From the sequence record MH791398.1: a stretch of 64,000 bases of DNA. The stretch is one strand, 5' to 3'. The position numbers and the translations under genes are program-made. The notes beneath the pieces were generated by a model. It made no database searches. It was not told the DNA's origin and saw only the letters and a program-made list of their open reading frames with translations. Positions 43,201 to 55,932 of this stretch are shown in pieces; the stretch's first letter is position 1; every line of letters begins with the position of its first letter.

Positions 43201-45064
43201 TAACACCAAAAAAGAATATGCTGGTCTTCTCGCTGATTACGAGCAAGAGATCAAAGAAATCCAAGCTCGTTTAGAAGAAATGATTAACGACCCGTGGTTC
43301 AACTAAGAGGTAAAATATCATGAAAAATTTCGAACTTCTTCCTACTGGTGCATATGCCGTTGAACTTCGTTGGTTATCTGGTCACAGTGAAGAAATGGCA
43401 GAACGTTTCTTTAAGCGGCATGATATCAATTACCAAAAGGTATCTATTGGTTGGGGTAACTCCTTCGTCATCACAGACGGTCAGTATAAAGGGTTCTATG
43501 ATGTTCACGCAGACCCAGCAAACCGAACCATTCTCATCCTTCAAGATCTCGGATAATTAGGAGATACAAACATGACTTACGAACAATCCCATAAAATCAT
43601 TGATCAGATCAAAGTTTTGGAAGATATTATCAAAAACGGTATTTCGGTAACAACTTCTGGGGGAACAGACAACCATTGGATCTATAGTAATACTATCCGA
43701 GAAGAAGCTAATAAGGCTGCCAAGGCTCAAGCTCGTATCGAACTTGACCAATACAAAGAACAACTGAAACAATTTTTGAACGGGAAATAAGATGAAAAAG
43801 AAATATAAGTTTAAAAGTCAAGCCACTTGGGATTTGTTTGTCATCAACAATAACGATAATTTGTACAATAGTATCATTTCCGTATGTGAATACCCCAAAT
43901 GGTTTACTATTGAAGAGGATGAACTCTTTCGACCGGTTGTCATTAGTGAAGATCGAAAAACCGTGAATTATCATCCGGGGTACAAAATGCCATTTACCAA
44001 AACTGAGATGGAATCTTTTCTTGATTCAGAAGAAATTACTTTGAGCGGACAACCGGAATTTACAAAGACTATGATGATGGAATGGGCTATGAACGACCCA
44101 GAAGTATCTGAGTATGTCAAGGATAAATTCGTTCAGAGTCATATTAAAAGTAAAGAAAGTATGTTGACAAAAGAACTACAACAGATTAAGATTCGAGAAC
44201 GTGATATTTACAAAGAACTTGAGTCGGTAGGCTCGAATATCACCCCATCAAATTTTATTATTGACATTGAGGAATAAAATATGCGCAATTTTAACAGCAA
44301 TCAGCCTTGGTTTTTCCGCCACTTCAACAAGATCTTTACCGTGTTCTTTATCGGTGTTCTCTTGATGATTGCAGCACAAATCGCTCTTGTTGGTTATGCT
44401 GCCGTTAACGTACAGGAACAGGGCCTTAAAGGCGTTGCTGAGTCTATCTGGTGTGGTAGCAACCAAAACACCGAAGAATGCAAGGAATCGATTCGTGGGG
44501 CGTTTATCGATATGCTGAAAGAGGACAAGTGATGGATATTAGTCTGAGTAGTTTTTCACCTTATACACCCAAAACCCCCGGAACCTACTTGTGGAATAGC
44601 GGAACAGATAAGAAACCAGATGTTCGATCTATTCATGTTGTGCAGTTCCACAAGAAAACTCAATATGGAATTGAGTGGGATTCTTATCTTGGCGTTCCGT
44701 CCATGGGTGGTAGAAACGTCGGTCATCTCCAAGGGTCTTTCCTTAAATTGGAGTTTGTGTAATGCAATACATTTTGACAGAAGAAGAGTATAAAGAACTG
44801 AAAGCCGTTCAAAAACGTAATGTAATGGACAACAAGAAACAGCTTCAACAACTTTGCACCAAAATTGCTAACACAATGCCAATCTTCTACTGGGGAAAGG
44901 AAGAGGCTGATATTTGGGGTTGTATTCATAATGAAGAAATTGACCCAGATGAATGGGAAGATGTAACCATACCCGGTAAGGAAGTAATGCATACTTCCGG
45001 TTACTGCGATGAATGTCCTGTTCAAGACATCTGCCCTACCGAATACAAGCGATGGAGTAAATGA
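40294..45064 (+). CDS. run of about 16 hypothetical proteins, including small membrane proteins and a Cys-rich protein (44762..45064)
   Basis: ORF track; promoters at about 41663 and 43051. Confidence 0.7.
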
Positions 45065-45067
45065 CCA

Positions 45068-45784
45068 ATGGCTAAGATCAGCAAACAGGCGTTGAAACTC
45101 CATAATAAGGCAATGGATCTTGTTCACTCTGATAAGGAACTTTCATGGGACGAACGTCGTTTTATCCTTGAGAATTATCAAGAGGGTGCAACCCAGATGA
45201 ATGGCCTTGCTGGTGCATTTTTCACCCCAGTTATGTTAGCTCGTGATGCTATGATCGAAGTTAACCCAGACCGTTCTGTATTGGATCTATGTGCTGGTAT
45301 TGGTGGTTTGTCTTTCTGGTTGTACGACAACGATGTTACTTGTGTTGAGTTGAACCACGAATATTTTGAGGTTGGTAAACGAGTCGTACCACATGCAAAC
45401 TGGATCCGTGGCGATGCACTGGAATACTGTGATAACACTAATGATCGGTTCGATTTTTGTATTAGCAATCCACCTTTTGGCAACATCAATACATCTGGTT
45501 ATAAAGGTCGGTATACTGGAGCAGAATTCGAATATAAGGTAATAGAGGCCGCTAGTAAGGTATCTGAATTCGGGGTCTTTATTATCCCCCAAATGAGTGC
45601 TGGATTTAAATACAGTGGTGTACGTTCATTTTGTGACAAAGACCAATCAAATAAGTATTTGAAGTTTACCGAACAAACCGGTATCCGTCTTGATCCGGGA
45701 TGTGGTGTAGACACTTCGATTTATCTTTCTGAGTGGCATGGTGTAAGTCCTATGGTCGAAATAGCAACAGCGGAATTTTACTGA
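45068..45784 (+). CDS. SAM-dependent N6-adenine-type DNA methyltransferase
   Basis: VLDLCAGIGGL (motif I), CVELN (II), ISNPPFG (IV). Confidence 0.8.
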   Translation: MAKISKQALKLHNKAMDLVHSDKELSWDERRFILENYQEGATQMNGLAGAFFTPVMLARDAMIEVNPDRSVLDLCAGIGGLSFWLYDNDVTCVELNHEYFEVGKRVVPHANWIRGDALEYCDNTNDRFDFCISNPPFGNINTSGYKGRYTGAEFEYKVIEAASKVSEFGVFIIPQMSAGFKYSGVRSFCDKDQSNKYLKFTEQTGIRLDPGCGVDTSIYLSEWHGVSPMVEIATAEFY

Positions 45785-48700
45785 TGAAACATACATACCA
45801 AGTAGTAACAACAAAAACAATTGATATTACAGTTTCTCAATTTGTCAAGAAATATCTGAAAGAAATTCGTGTGTGGGAAGATGAATATGATTTCTTTGTT
45901 GATGACCCAACGAGTCGCGGTGATGGATTTTTAATGCGCAAATTCTCTCTCCCGAAAAGTCTTTTCTCTATGGATATCAGACACTTTAGTTGGGAAAAGG
46001 ATAAAAACAAAGCTATGGTTTCTCATATTATTGATGTAATTGAAAAAAATTATAAGGGGTAAAAGATGAGTCAGATGAAAGAGTATGAGGTAAGAAAAGA
46101 GATTAGTGGATACATTCGCGGACATAAGACTGCTTATGTATATGCAAACTCAGAAGAGGAAGCAATCGAAATTGCGAAGAAAACTGATTGTTGGGGAGAA
46201 CTAGATGTAGTTCGGGATGACACAGAGACTCAAGATATTTGGTGTTTGTAAACAGTATAAGTAGTTGACAAAAGGTGTATTGAATGAGAACATACCAATA
46301 CACCGATAAAGGAGAAAAGTATGGTTTACATCACTTCATATTATAGTAATGTACTTGGAAAAACCACGATTAGCCTTTCTGGTAAAAAGATCCGTGGGAA
46401 AACTCATAGTGTTAAAGATGACATCAAGGAGATTCGGAAGGAAATTAACCGTCATGTTCCTGTTGAGGATCGAATGGTTAAAGGGGTTGATACCTTGACA
46501 ATTACGTACTTCCCACATATGGATGTCGAAAGTTATATGGTTTCTCCTAGTATTCAATTTTAAGGTGATTTATGATTGATTTTGATAATGTAAATGAATT
46601 CTATGGCGAAAGTTGGCATGTCGATTCATATAAGTATGTTAAATGTGAACATGCATTGGTTAACCTGAAAGGGTTGTTTCCTAATATCAAATGGGTTTAT
46701 GTTCTGAAACAGATTCCATTTGATGGTCAAGAGGCGTATAATCCACCAACAGTAGATGGTGATTGTTTGGATATTTGTGCTCGTGATTACGTGATCGTCA
46801 CAGAAGAAGGAAAAGTCATCTCATTGGGTACTAGTGAATGGGGTCATCTCGAAGAGATGAACACTGACGGATTTAAGGAAGTATAACATGATTGTTGACT
46901 ATGGTGATGTAAAGGTTTATTCTGGGTCTCATATCAAAGAGATCTGTCAATATCTTTTAGATAAGAAAATGTATGTTGAAGGGTGGTCATTGAAACCATA
47001 TCTCGTACAAGTTATCAAATTTGAAAAGAGGTTTATCACCAAAGTTGCAATCAAGTACAAGGACGGTAACCCCGTCGGACTAGCAACCCGTGGGCTCTTG
47101 AGTGGTTATAAAAACTTTATGATGTGTTACGTCAAAGATGAATTTCGTAACTCGGGTGTCGGTTCCGAACTAGTAAACAGATTGAAGGTTGACGGTGAAA
47201 GTCATTGGGCTTATACTGGATATTCTTATTCTGTTTTATTTTGGGAATCTCTTGGTGTTGTTCCACATACACAACATCGGTCGTGTTGTGGTGATAAATT
47301 TACATCTATATTCTTAAAAATTAACAATAAAAAGAGGTAGTAATGGCTAAAGAAAAAGTAGAAGCACATGCACATCTAGTTGATAAATGGGTTTTAACCG
47401 AATCCATCAATGTCGGTGGTGTTGTTGCGTCAAAACCTCGTCTTGTAACCAAAGTTTCCGGGGACCGAGTTTATATTTCACGACGAATCCCAGCAGGTTT
47501 GAATCGACAATCTACTGAATTAGAGGAAGATTCTTTTGTGAGTTCTAGGAAAGTTCTGTATGTGTTTGATACGGAAGAGATTGCGATTGAGGCAGCCAAT
47601 CAATGCTATACTTTGTGGAGTTCTTGGTTTTTTAATCAGAAACAAAATATGATTAATGAAAGTCAGAGGATCCTAAAGGAACTCAGTAATGGATAAGGTT
47701 TATACTTATAAATTTTATGAACACCCGATAACACAGCTATATCGGATCCGGATTTATGACGGACATCCAAAAGGAGGTTGGTATCGTCAACTTACCTCTA
47801 TTGAGGGGTTTGTCGGTCGTATCCTAAACAGATGGTATGATAAACATATGGGTGTTATTGACAAGGGCGTATTTGGTCGATATGATCCATGTGATTCCGG
47901 TAATAATGAACGGATGAATAAAGCCATAGGTGAAACAGACTACTACAAAAATCAAGAAATTTATTTTGATAGTGTATGGGACTTCTATGAACATATAGGT
48001 TATAATCGTAGTGACAAAAAGGTGAGTACGTTAGATAATCTCATCATCAACTGGAAAATTGAAAAGGAATAAAAATGAATATTAATAAATCAAGCTGGCA
48101 CTATCGTCTGAACAACAAAATGTTTGATACAATCCCAACTAGTTTGTGTCCATATTTTTGGAAAACTGTTTGGGCATTGGTTCTGATATCCGGTATGTCA
48201 ACCCTGTTTATTTTTGCCCTAACTGGGATTGGACTGTCGATTCTAAAAGCATTTGGTATCACCAGTGGTCTCGTTTTGATAACTTCTCCTTTGATTGGTT
48301 TTGTATTTGCTGTGATTGCGATTGTGATTATAGTTGGGTTTTTCTTCCTTTGTGACCATATGAAGAGTTCTATGCGCCGAAAGAAATGGCAGCGAGACGC
48401 TAAGAAACTCGAAGAAAAAGCAAATGGGGAATACAAAGAATCGTTGATTATATCTTTCCTGAAAGCGAAGAAAGAAAAATTCTGCCCTTCCCTGAAATTT
48501 GTTGATTAAACTTGTTGACAGAGGATACTAATAAAGGTATCCTCTCTTTGTTGAAACAAAACACACTTAAAGGAAATTGATTATGAGCGTATGTACTTCT
48601 ATTTTTGTTGACATCAGCAACCATAACATGAACATCACCACTATCGGCCACGTTGTTCATAATCTTATACAGCGAATTCATGCGAAGAATACCAGTGGCG

Positions 48701-51700
48701 TTGGTGGATTTGCAACAATCCACTCTTACGACTTTCAAAGCTTTTCAATTGTCTTTAACGCGGAAAGCGGAAAGCGAAGTATGTTTATGTGTACTGTTTC
48801 ACAGAAAGAAGAAATCGACGGTTTTGTTTATGAGGGAGATAAGGTTTATATCTCTATTGGTCACAACCAAGAAGGTATCGAGATTATGAAGATGATTGCA
48901 GAAAATCTCGTTCAAGAATTCAATGACCTTCCGGTATTCTTCCGAGAATCCGACTCTATTTATCATGAAAACAACGAATGGGTACAAGTAAAATGAAAAA
49001 TTTCGATAAATGGCCTAATGCTAAAGTAGTAATGGAACACATGGATAACCTTATGTGGTTGATTGGTTATCGCCCAAACAACGGAAAAGGTTGGACTGGT
49101 TACTACTACGATGGGATTATTAAACAACAGAAGGTTATGATTAACCTATCTTGGCAGGAAGCTCGTACCTTGTGTGTTAATGTATTTGATACCGTATCGA
49201 TGCCGTTATACCGAGTTGTAAATGGGGTTCGAATTTCTGCCGATTCCATGATGGATCTCGACAACTATATTCGAAATCACGTTAAAGAGGTTGATGTTAT
49301 CCGACAACTGGTATACCATAAGAAAGAACGTAAAATCTCTCTTGTTGGTTATAACGAGTTCAAAATCGAGGGTTAATGATGAAGATTGGTTACTGTCACT
49401 ACAGCACGTTCATGAGTCAATGGACGGTTTGGATAGGCGAAAGTGGTGAATTCAAAGACGCAGTTAGGTACAATCCGGATGATTGTGTTGTCGATCACAA
49501 AGCAGGTACAATCGAGATAAACAACGATGGTGTTATCTCTCGTTGGGAATTTGAACCTAACTCTTTTATTGGAGATACCGTTTATAAAGCGTTTGTTCGC
49601 GAAGAAAAAGAATATATTTTAGGTCGCGAATATACCAAGGTATGGATTACCTCAGAGATGAGTATCACGATTCCAACCGAATTCCTTAAACGAACTAAAT
49701 TCCGTTCTCAGGAATGGTTCATCAAGGAATACAAACGGTATATCGGTAGCAAATACCCAAGTGATATCAAGACGATTACCAGTAGCGTCATTGATATGAT
49801 GATTCGCCATCACCTGTATCGTCATCGGGGTTTGGAGGATTGTCAGACCATCCCAACAGTATACAAAACAGTTGATATCCTCAAAGAAGCATTAGGTTCC
49901 ATCAATTTCACTATGGAAGATGTATTTGTATGAAACAATATTCGTGGAATCAAGGGGTTACATTCATCCCACTGGAATTTGACGATCAAGCATATCTGAT
50001 TGATAATTTCCAGCTAATGATCGATATGTTGACAGAACATCTGGAAAAGAATCCGGACCCTGTTCATCGTCACTGGTTAGATTGCTTAGAAGTACGATAT
50101 AAAAATATTTGCAAACAATCGCAATTAGAGCGTTGACATCCAGTCGTATTCTGATAATATAGGTCTTGTCGAAACGGGGAGTGTTCCCCTTAAGGAGAGA
50201 GAAATGAAAAAGTTCAATTACGCTGTGTCTATCAAGGTTCTGGGTTCTACCAATATGAAAGATTTCTTAGTGGAAGCAGTAAGCTTGAAACTTGCATATA
50301 TCACCGTGTTAAATTATCTCGAATCTCAGGGGATCACTCACAGTCCAGACTTTTCAATGAACACCGTTGGTCGCGTTGGTTCTAGTCAAGTTGAAAGTCT
50401 GGTACAATCTGGTTTCACCATCGTTAAATAAGAGGATAACACTATGACTCATATCACTATGCAACAACTCCGCGAACTCATTATGGGTATTCAGTCCGAA
50501 CTGGTAATGGTAAATGCCAAGGTTGTTACTGGTATTAGCTCCAACTTCACTTTTTCCCAAACCGCCAACGACATGAAAGAATTGATGAACAACTTGGGGC
50601 CTTGTGAATCACGCAACTACGTAGGGAAGGCCACAATCGAGTTCAAGAACTGTCACGATGTATGTGCGGCTCATGACGGAGAGATTACTGAAGAGTTCAG
50701 TATCTATATGGATCTGGTTGTTGCCAATCTTCGGGCTGCTTACATCAACCTCGGAAAATAATTTAAAAAGTTGTTGATCGGTATTCCGGCCTATGAGATA
50801 CTAACTGTGTCGGGAAATGGTTCCCAAAGGAGATTAAGATGGATAACGTATTGCTTGCTCTGCATGATGTTAAAGGTTTCAAGCATATTGATCTGACTCA
50901 ATTTGAGGACAAGATCGTTGTTGTTCTTGAATCTGGTGTCGAAATGGTGTATGAAAGCTATTACGATGAAGATTTTGAGGGTGATGTACATTGCTACTAT
51001 GACAAAGTGACTGGTGGTGGTGTTGAATCCTTTGACTTTCAAGATGTTCTGGATTACGAGGTCTGATATGAAAAAGAAAATCATTGATGATATCAATAGT
51101 GCAATCGATATTTTCGAAAACGAATCTCGGTTCAAAGGTACTAATGATTGTATTGGTGTGACGATTTTCTCTTTGAATGGCGGCCCTTATTTCGAACACC
51201 ATACATTTGCTTTTCAGGCTTTAGTACGGGCAAGTGAAGTTTTCAATAAGTACCAGATCGCAACAGAAAACGAATTTTTTAATGTTCAAGATGTGGATGT
51301 ACGACAAGCGTACTTTGATGTAATCGTTTCTGAACTAAAATTGGCTAAAACTTTTGTAGAAAAGTACTTGATCGAATAATCACGTTATGAGATACTATCC
51401 CTGTTGAGACGAGACACCAATTAGGAGAATGACTATGATGAATCAAATCGAAGTAATGGTTGCTGAAATGATGGCCTTCTCAGAAGAAGTATACTTCAAC
51501 AAGGTTATCCCTGATATGAAAGAACGTTTCGATGAGGAACATGTTGAGTCTTTCGTTAGTCAAAACCTGAATCGCAATTCTTACTCCATCATGAAAGGTC
51601 GTAAGTTTGCCCGAATCGTCCGTCACGACTTTGGACGTGAGGATACTACCGGTTCCGTTGTCTGGTTTGTTAACATGGAAAACGGTAATATCCACAAGGC

Positions 51701-52081
51701 AAACGGTTGGGCTTCTGCATCCAAATATGTTCGTGGTAACGTGAGCAACTGGAAAGACGCTATGCATGTTGGTTCTCGCTCCGGTATCTACGGTTTCATC
51801 GCGATTCGCTAAGAGGAAAAATTATGATTATTAGTCTGAATATGCATGAGTTTTATGAACTTTACCCGTGTTATCAAGAGTGGGTTTGTAATGAATCCCC
51901 TTCCCAATATTCTATCAATGCGGTTTATAATCGTATGATGCATAAGAAATCTCTAAACGTTATGGAAGCTCAGGAAGTTATGGCGTTTATTGCTTGGGTT
52001 GAAAACAACTCTTGCAAAGAAGATCTAGAAATCCTCAAATCAACTATCCAATATATGAAAGGTGTATTAAATGCTGCTTGA
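45783..52081 (+). CDS. run of about 18 hypothetical proteins
   Basis: ORF track; promoters at about 46266, 48515, 50134, 50774, 51368. Confidence 0.7.
46888..47340 (+). CDS. GNAT-like acetyltransferase
   Basis: CYVKDEFRNSGVGSELVNRL (motif A, RxxGxG) and LFWESLG. Confidence 0.6.
   Translation: MIVDYGDVKVYSGSHIKEICQYLLDKKMYVEGWSLKPYLVQVIKFEKRFITKVAIKYKDGNPVGLATRGLLSGYKNFMMCYVKDEFRNSGVGSELVNRLKVDGESHWAYTGYSYSVLFWESLGVVPHTQHRSCCGDKFTSIFLKINNKKR
48515..48545 (+). promoter_or_regulatory. early promoter with a hairpin spanning spacer and -10
   Basis: TTGACA-17-TATCCT; AGAGGATAC/GTATCCTCT stem. Confidence 0.75.
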
Positions 52082-52550
52082 ACAAATTAAGAAAGACCAA
52101 ATTAAAGCCCGTAAATCAGAAGACCGTTCTACCCATCACGGGAAAGTTCGTATCAACGCTCTAACAACCCTAATTGGTGAAGCAAGTCCTTCCGGTAATC
52201 AGGTAGTAACTGACGAACAAGTCCAATCGGTTATTCGCAAATTCGTTAAAAACATTGACGAAGCAGTTACCGAGATCCGCAAAAGGGTTGTATCCGTATC
52301 AAACGATATGACTAATCAAGAAGTGATGGATATTCTTAAAACTGATATCAAATTCACGGACTTGATGATCGAACGTGAACTGCTGAGTTCCTATCTTCCG
52401 AAGGTGTTTGGTGAAGAACATATCAAAGAGGTACTTAGTCAGCTCGTTGGTGGTTCTAACATCGGTCAAGTCATGGGCGCTTGTAAGAAAGCAGCTTCTG
52501 CCAAAGGTCTTTTGTTTGATGGTGCCCTTGTCAAAAAGGTACTGGGCTAG
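52071..52550 (+). CDS. GatB/YqeY domain protein
   Basis: LLEQIKKDQIKARK, LTTLIGE, VTDEQVQSVIRK, ELLSSYLPK, NIGQVMG. Confidence 0.8.
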   Translation: MLLEQIKKDQIKARKSEDRSTHHGKVRINALTTLIGEASPSGNQVVTDEQVQSVIRKFVKNIDEAVTEIRKRVVSVSNDMTNQEVMDILKTDIKFTDLMIERELLSSYLPKVFGEEHIKEVLSQLVGGSNIGQVMGACKKAASAKGLLFDGALVKKVLG

Positions 52551-52646
52551 TATCATATGAAATCAAATTATAGATTTCCTATAAGTATTTATATAGAAGA
52601 TCTATAATTAGAACGAGTGAAACGAGTACGGCGTAGCCGGTTCGCT
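52548..52646. repeat. dispersed repeat copy 2: AT block plus inverted GC mini-hairpin cluster
   Basis: 34 bp identical to 9038-9071; GAGTACG..GGTTCGC is the reverse complement of the copy-1 GC module. Confidence 0.9.
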
Positions 52647-52660
52647 AAAGCTCACCAATC

Positions 52661-52729
52661 TGTCTAGAATCAATTCCTCGTTATCTCATACAATGTTATT
52701 GTATTCTCCATAGGAATTGATTCTAGACA
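52661..52729. repeat. perfect 18-bp inverted repeat with 33-nt spacer
   Basis: TGTCTAGAATCAATTCCT (52661-52678) / AGGAATTGATTCTAGACA (52712-52729). Confidence 0.95.
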
Positions 52730-52748
52730 CCATACACGAGGTTTAATC

Positions 52749-53185
52749 ATGGTTTCTATAGAGAGTTTCGTAAACATTAAGAAAAGTGAAGGCTATAAGG
52801 AAGTAATACCGTTTGTGTCTGGTTATACAAGCCTTCAATTAAAGGTTAAAGACTGGGTATATTCCTTTCATGTGAATCACGATACCAAAGACGTCGAATA
52901 TCGTGTTGTTACCCCATATGAAACCAAAGGGTTCATCATTTATAATTTGGATCATGTACTGGTTCGAGACGGAAAATTTTTTCGGGTGGGTGAATGAGAT
53001 ATCAACCATACGATGAGGATGAAGGCCCTAGGCTGATGGATACTCACGACCGTTATGGCAATAAAAGAGATATACCAGAAGAAATGTATCACCCGGAATC
53101 AATGATGATCACTCCCACCGGTTGGTTTATTAAAATATTGGGTCTTGGTATTGTCTTGTTTTTAATTTTTAATATGGTGAAATAA
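52749..53185 (+). CDS. two hypothetical proteins (52749..52997, 52994..53185)
   Basis: ORF track; the second has a C-terminal TM segment. Confidence 0.7.
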
Positions 53186-53589
53186 TGAAAAAGAATTTAA
53201 CTACAAAGGAGCTTGTCAAGTCTGGGGCGGTTGTTGTTGGTAACTTTGATGGTATCAACCTTAACGAAACTGGTGATGTAACGAAAGAGGGGTTTTACTT
53301 CATTTCTGCCCCAGCTAGTTCTGTTGTTTATATGACTCATGTTGGAAACCAACAGCGAAAACGTGGTTTTGGTGAAACCATGATCCGACTTCGAAAACCA
53401 CGTACCGGACAGGCTAAAGATGTTCATGATTATCTGATGACAGGAAAGACCGTAAAACTATATTTCCTTAAATATAGCCAAGCCCGACACCTCCTTGGGA
53501 TTGAAGAATACGGACAGATGAATAATGGTCATGAGTTGACTGGCAAGATCCGAAACAAATTTATCATCCATGGTCGAATGGTAAGTTAG
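53185..53589 (+). CDS. ndd: nucleoid disruption protein Ndd
   Basis: LTTKELVKSGAVVVG, KEGFYFI and HVGNQQRKRGF match T4 Ndd (TVTDLNNAGATVIG, KPGFYFL, YVGNQRSKQGF); T4 synteny with gene 52. Confidence 0.75.
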   Translation: MKKNLTTKELVKSGAVVVGNFDGINLNETGDVTKEGFYFISAPASSVVYMTHVGNQQRKRGFGETMIRLRKPRTGQAKDVHDYLMTGKTVKLYFLKYSQARHLLGIEEYGQMNNGHELTGKIRNKFIIHGRMVS

Positions 53590-53592
53590 AAC

Positions 53593-53645
53593 AAAGCCCG
53601 TCTTTTGATGGGCTTTACAGTTTATATTCATATGTGTTATGATAC
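53593..53645 (+). terminator. terminator overlapping a promoter upstream of gene 52
   Basis: AAAGCCCGTC-TTTT-GATGGGCTTT; TTTACA...TATGAT. Confidence 0.65.
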
Positions 53646-53672
53646 ATAAAATAAATTAAAATAAGGAATGAT

Positions 53673-55019
53673 ATGAAATTTGTAGATCGTACTATTTCAA
53701 GTTATATTCACAACGAAGCAAAAGAATATACATTTTATACCATCGTCAACCGGGCATTACCTTCCATGGTAGATGGGTTCAAACCATCTCAGCGTTTTGT
53801 TTTGTACTCCACAATCAAAAACGCAAGTAAGGACTTCAAGAAATCCGCATTTCTTTGTGGTGTTATCTCCGACTATGGATATCCCCATGGAGAAGCAAGC
53901 GGGTATGATGTTCTTGCGGGCATGGCAACTGAATACGCAAACAACTTCCCAGTTATCAAGGGTCGCGGTAACTTTGGTTCACGACAGAACCCAGCCGCAG
54001 CAGAACCACGTTATATCTTCGGTAAGTTGGATGATAATTTTGACCTACTTTTTAAAGATTTGGATCTAGTTTTACCAAGTGAGATAGATTCTTATTCTAT
54101 TCCAAAATTTTATCTTCCCGTTATTCCGTTTGTTCTAATCAATGGGGTTCATGGTGTTGCAACTGGTTACGCGACTCATATACTACCACATGACATTCAC
54201 AGCGTTATTGATGAATGTATTTCTTATGTTAAGACTGGTAAATGTAAAGACCCAGAAATCAAGTTCCCTTCTTTTATTGGGAACGTTAATACATCAGGTG
54301 AACAATGGACAAACGAAGGGGTTTATGAACTTCAAGGTAAAACCAAGCTTTTGATCACAGAAATCCCAGTTAGTTTCAATCGAATAAAATATGTGGCGAT
54401 TTTGAATAATCTCATTGAAAAAGATCAGATTGTTAGTTATGATGAGATTGAAGGTGACGGTGATTTTACATTCCGAGTCACTTTGAAACGTGATTTTGAT
54501 ACTTCTCATGAAAATATCATGAAACAGTTCTCTCTATCTGAGAATATCTATCAGAATATCAACGTAATCGGTCCAAACTCTAACATGGTTACAGGGGATA
54601 TGGATCTGCGAAAATACGACAATACAAGCCAACTCGTGTGCGAATTTGTCGATTATCGCATGACTGTCGTTGACCGTCGCATTGAAAATATGATTGAAAA
54701 TCTGACTATTCTTATCCCGGAATTGAAAGCGAAGGCAGAATTTATTCGTCTGGCTCGTGATGGGAAAATCGGTTATAATCAACCGAAGAAATCTATGATC
54801 CAACAAGTTAAAACTCTTCTGGACCCAGAGCTTTCGGTTTATGCTGATAAGGTGGTTGGTCTTCCAATCTTTAACATGACAGAAGATGAAGTAGAAAAGC
54901 TGGTTAAAGAATATGAGCAAGCGGAAAAAGATCTAGCTTATTGGAAAAGTACAAACTCAAAAAAAGAATATTTGAAAGATTTAACAACTTTGAAAAATAA
55001 ATTGAAGGATAGTAAATAA
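53673..55019 (+). CDS. 52: DNA topoisomerase II medium subunit (gp52, GyrA/ParC-like)
   Basis: RALPSMVDGFKPSQR, YPHGEAS, GRGNFGSR, AAAEPRYI (catalytic Tyr), YLPVIPFVLING...GVATGY. Confidence 0.95.
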   Translation: MKFVDRTISSYIHNEAKEYTFYTIVNRALPSMVDGFKPSQRFVLYSTIKNASKDFKKSAFLCGVISDYGYPHGEASGYDVLAGMATEYANNFPVIKGRGNFGSRQNPAAAEPRYIFGKLDDNFDLLFKDLDLVLPSEIDSYSIPKFYLPVIPFVLINGVHGVATGYATHILPHDIHSVIDECISYVKTGKCKDPEIKFPSFIGNVNTSGEQWTNEGVYELQGKTKLLITEIPVSFNRIKYVAILNNLIEKDQIVSYDEIEGDGDFTFRVTLKRDFDTSHENIMKQFSLSENIYQNINVIGPNSNMVTGDMDLRKYDNTSQLVCEFVDYRMTVVDRRIENMIENLTILIPELKAKAEFIRLARDGKIGYNQPKKSMIQQVKTLLDPELSVYADKVVGLPIFNMTEDEVEKLVKEYEQAEKDLAYWKSTNSKKEYLKDLTTLKNKLKDSK

Positions 55020-55020
55020 A

Positions 55021-55927
55021 ATGTCTATAGAAATAAACATTATGAGACAGGCAGAAACAGAAACAAACGGGATGTTGCCTGCGCTCATCCCATCATGTAT
55101 GGGGGCATTGGTAGCAAGTGTACTTGTTGGTTGTGGGTTTGTGCCGGATGTCAATCTATACATACTGTTATGTGCCATATTTTATGTTCTCCTTGATATT
55201 GTGTTCATGGTAGTTGTATGGATTAAGCGCCCCAATTATGGCAAAGAGTTTAAACATCCATTATCTATGTGTATGCTATACTCATTTTGCGATAATAACG
55301 TTGGGAAATACCTTCATATTTATAAAAATACACCAAACTTTAATCTACGAATTACTATTGCAGGAATAGTAATATACTTTTGTGATTTTGTATTTTATCT
55401 TGGTTTATTTGGTGTTCCTGTAATGGTATCATCTTGGTTGTTCCTCTAAATATAGTTTTGTAAAAAAGGAAAATGAAATGTCTATTGAAACTCGTGTAAC
55501 AAAAGTAAAACAACGTATTCATGAAGAAACCCAACGGGTTAAGTCAAATGCGATTGTTACGTGGGGCCTGTTCTTCATGGCAGCAGCCCTTGCATCAATC
55601 CCAGCATCCACTATGTATGGCCCTATTATCATTGGCGCTATCGTGATGGTGATGTTCCAGTATCTGACCATGATCTCTTATGCTAAAGAACGGGTAGGTT
55701 ATCTTGGTAAAGCTTATGCTAACCCAATGACACTGATCTACATCGAGAGTGGTATTGATGGGGTTAAAGATCTGGAAGAGTCAATTCGGAAATGGGAAGC
55801 AATGACCAACGATGAACGAGAGGCTACCAACAAACGAATCAATGCAATCACGGTTGTGGCTCTTTTGGCTCTCATTGCTGCTGTTTCTGGCTTCTTCTGT
55901 GGTCTTTTCTGGCTTCTCCCAGTATAA
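55021..55927 (+). CDS. two multi-pass membrane proteins (55021..55449, 55478..55927)
   Basis: Several hydrophobic segments in each. Confidence 0.7.
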
Positions 55928-55932
55928 ACCAC

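Noticed and set aside
55446-55452. CTAAATA upstream of membrane gene 55478 as a late promoter (possible holin-related gene)
   Set aside because: It overlaps the preceding stop codon and lacks the CC prefix of the other three sites; the protein shows no recognisable holin features
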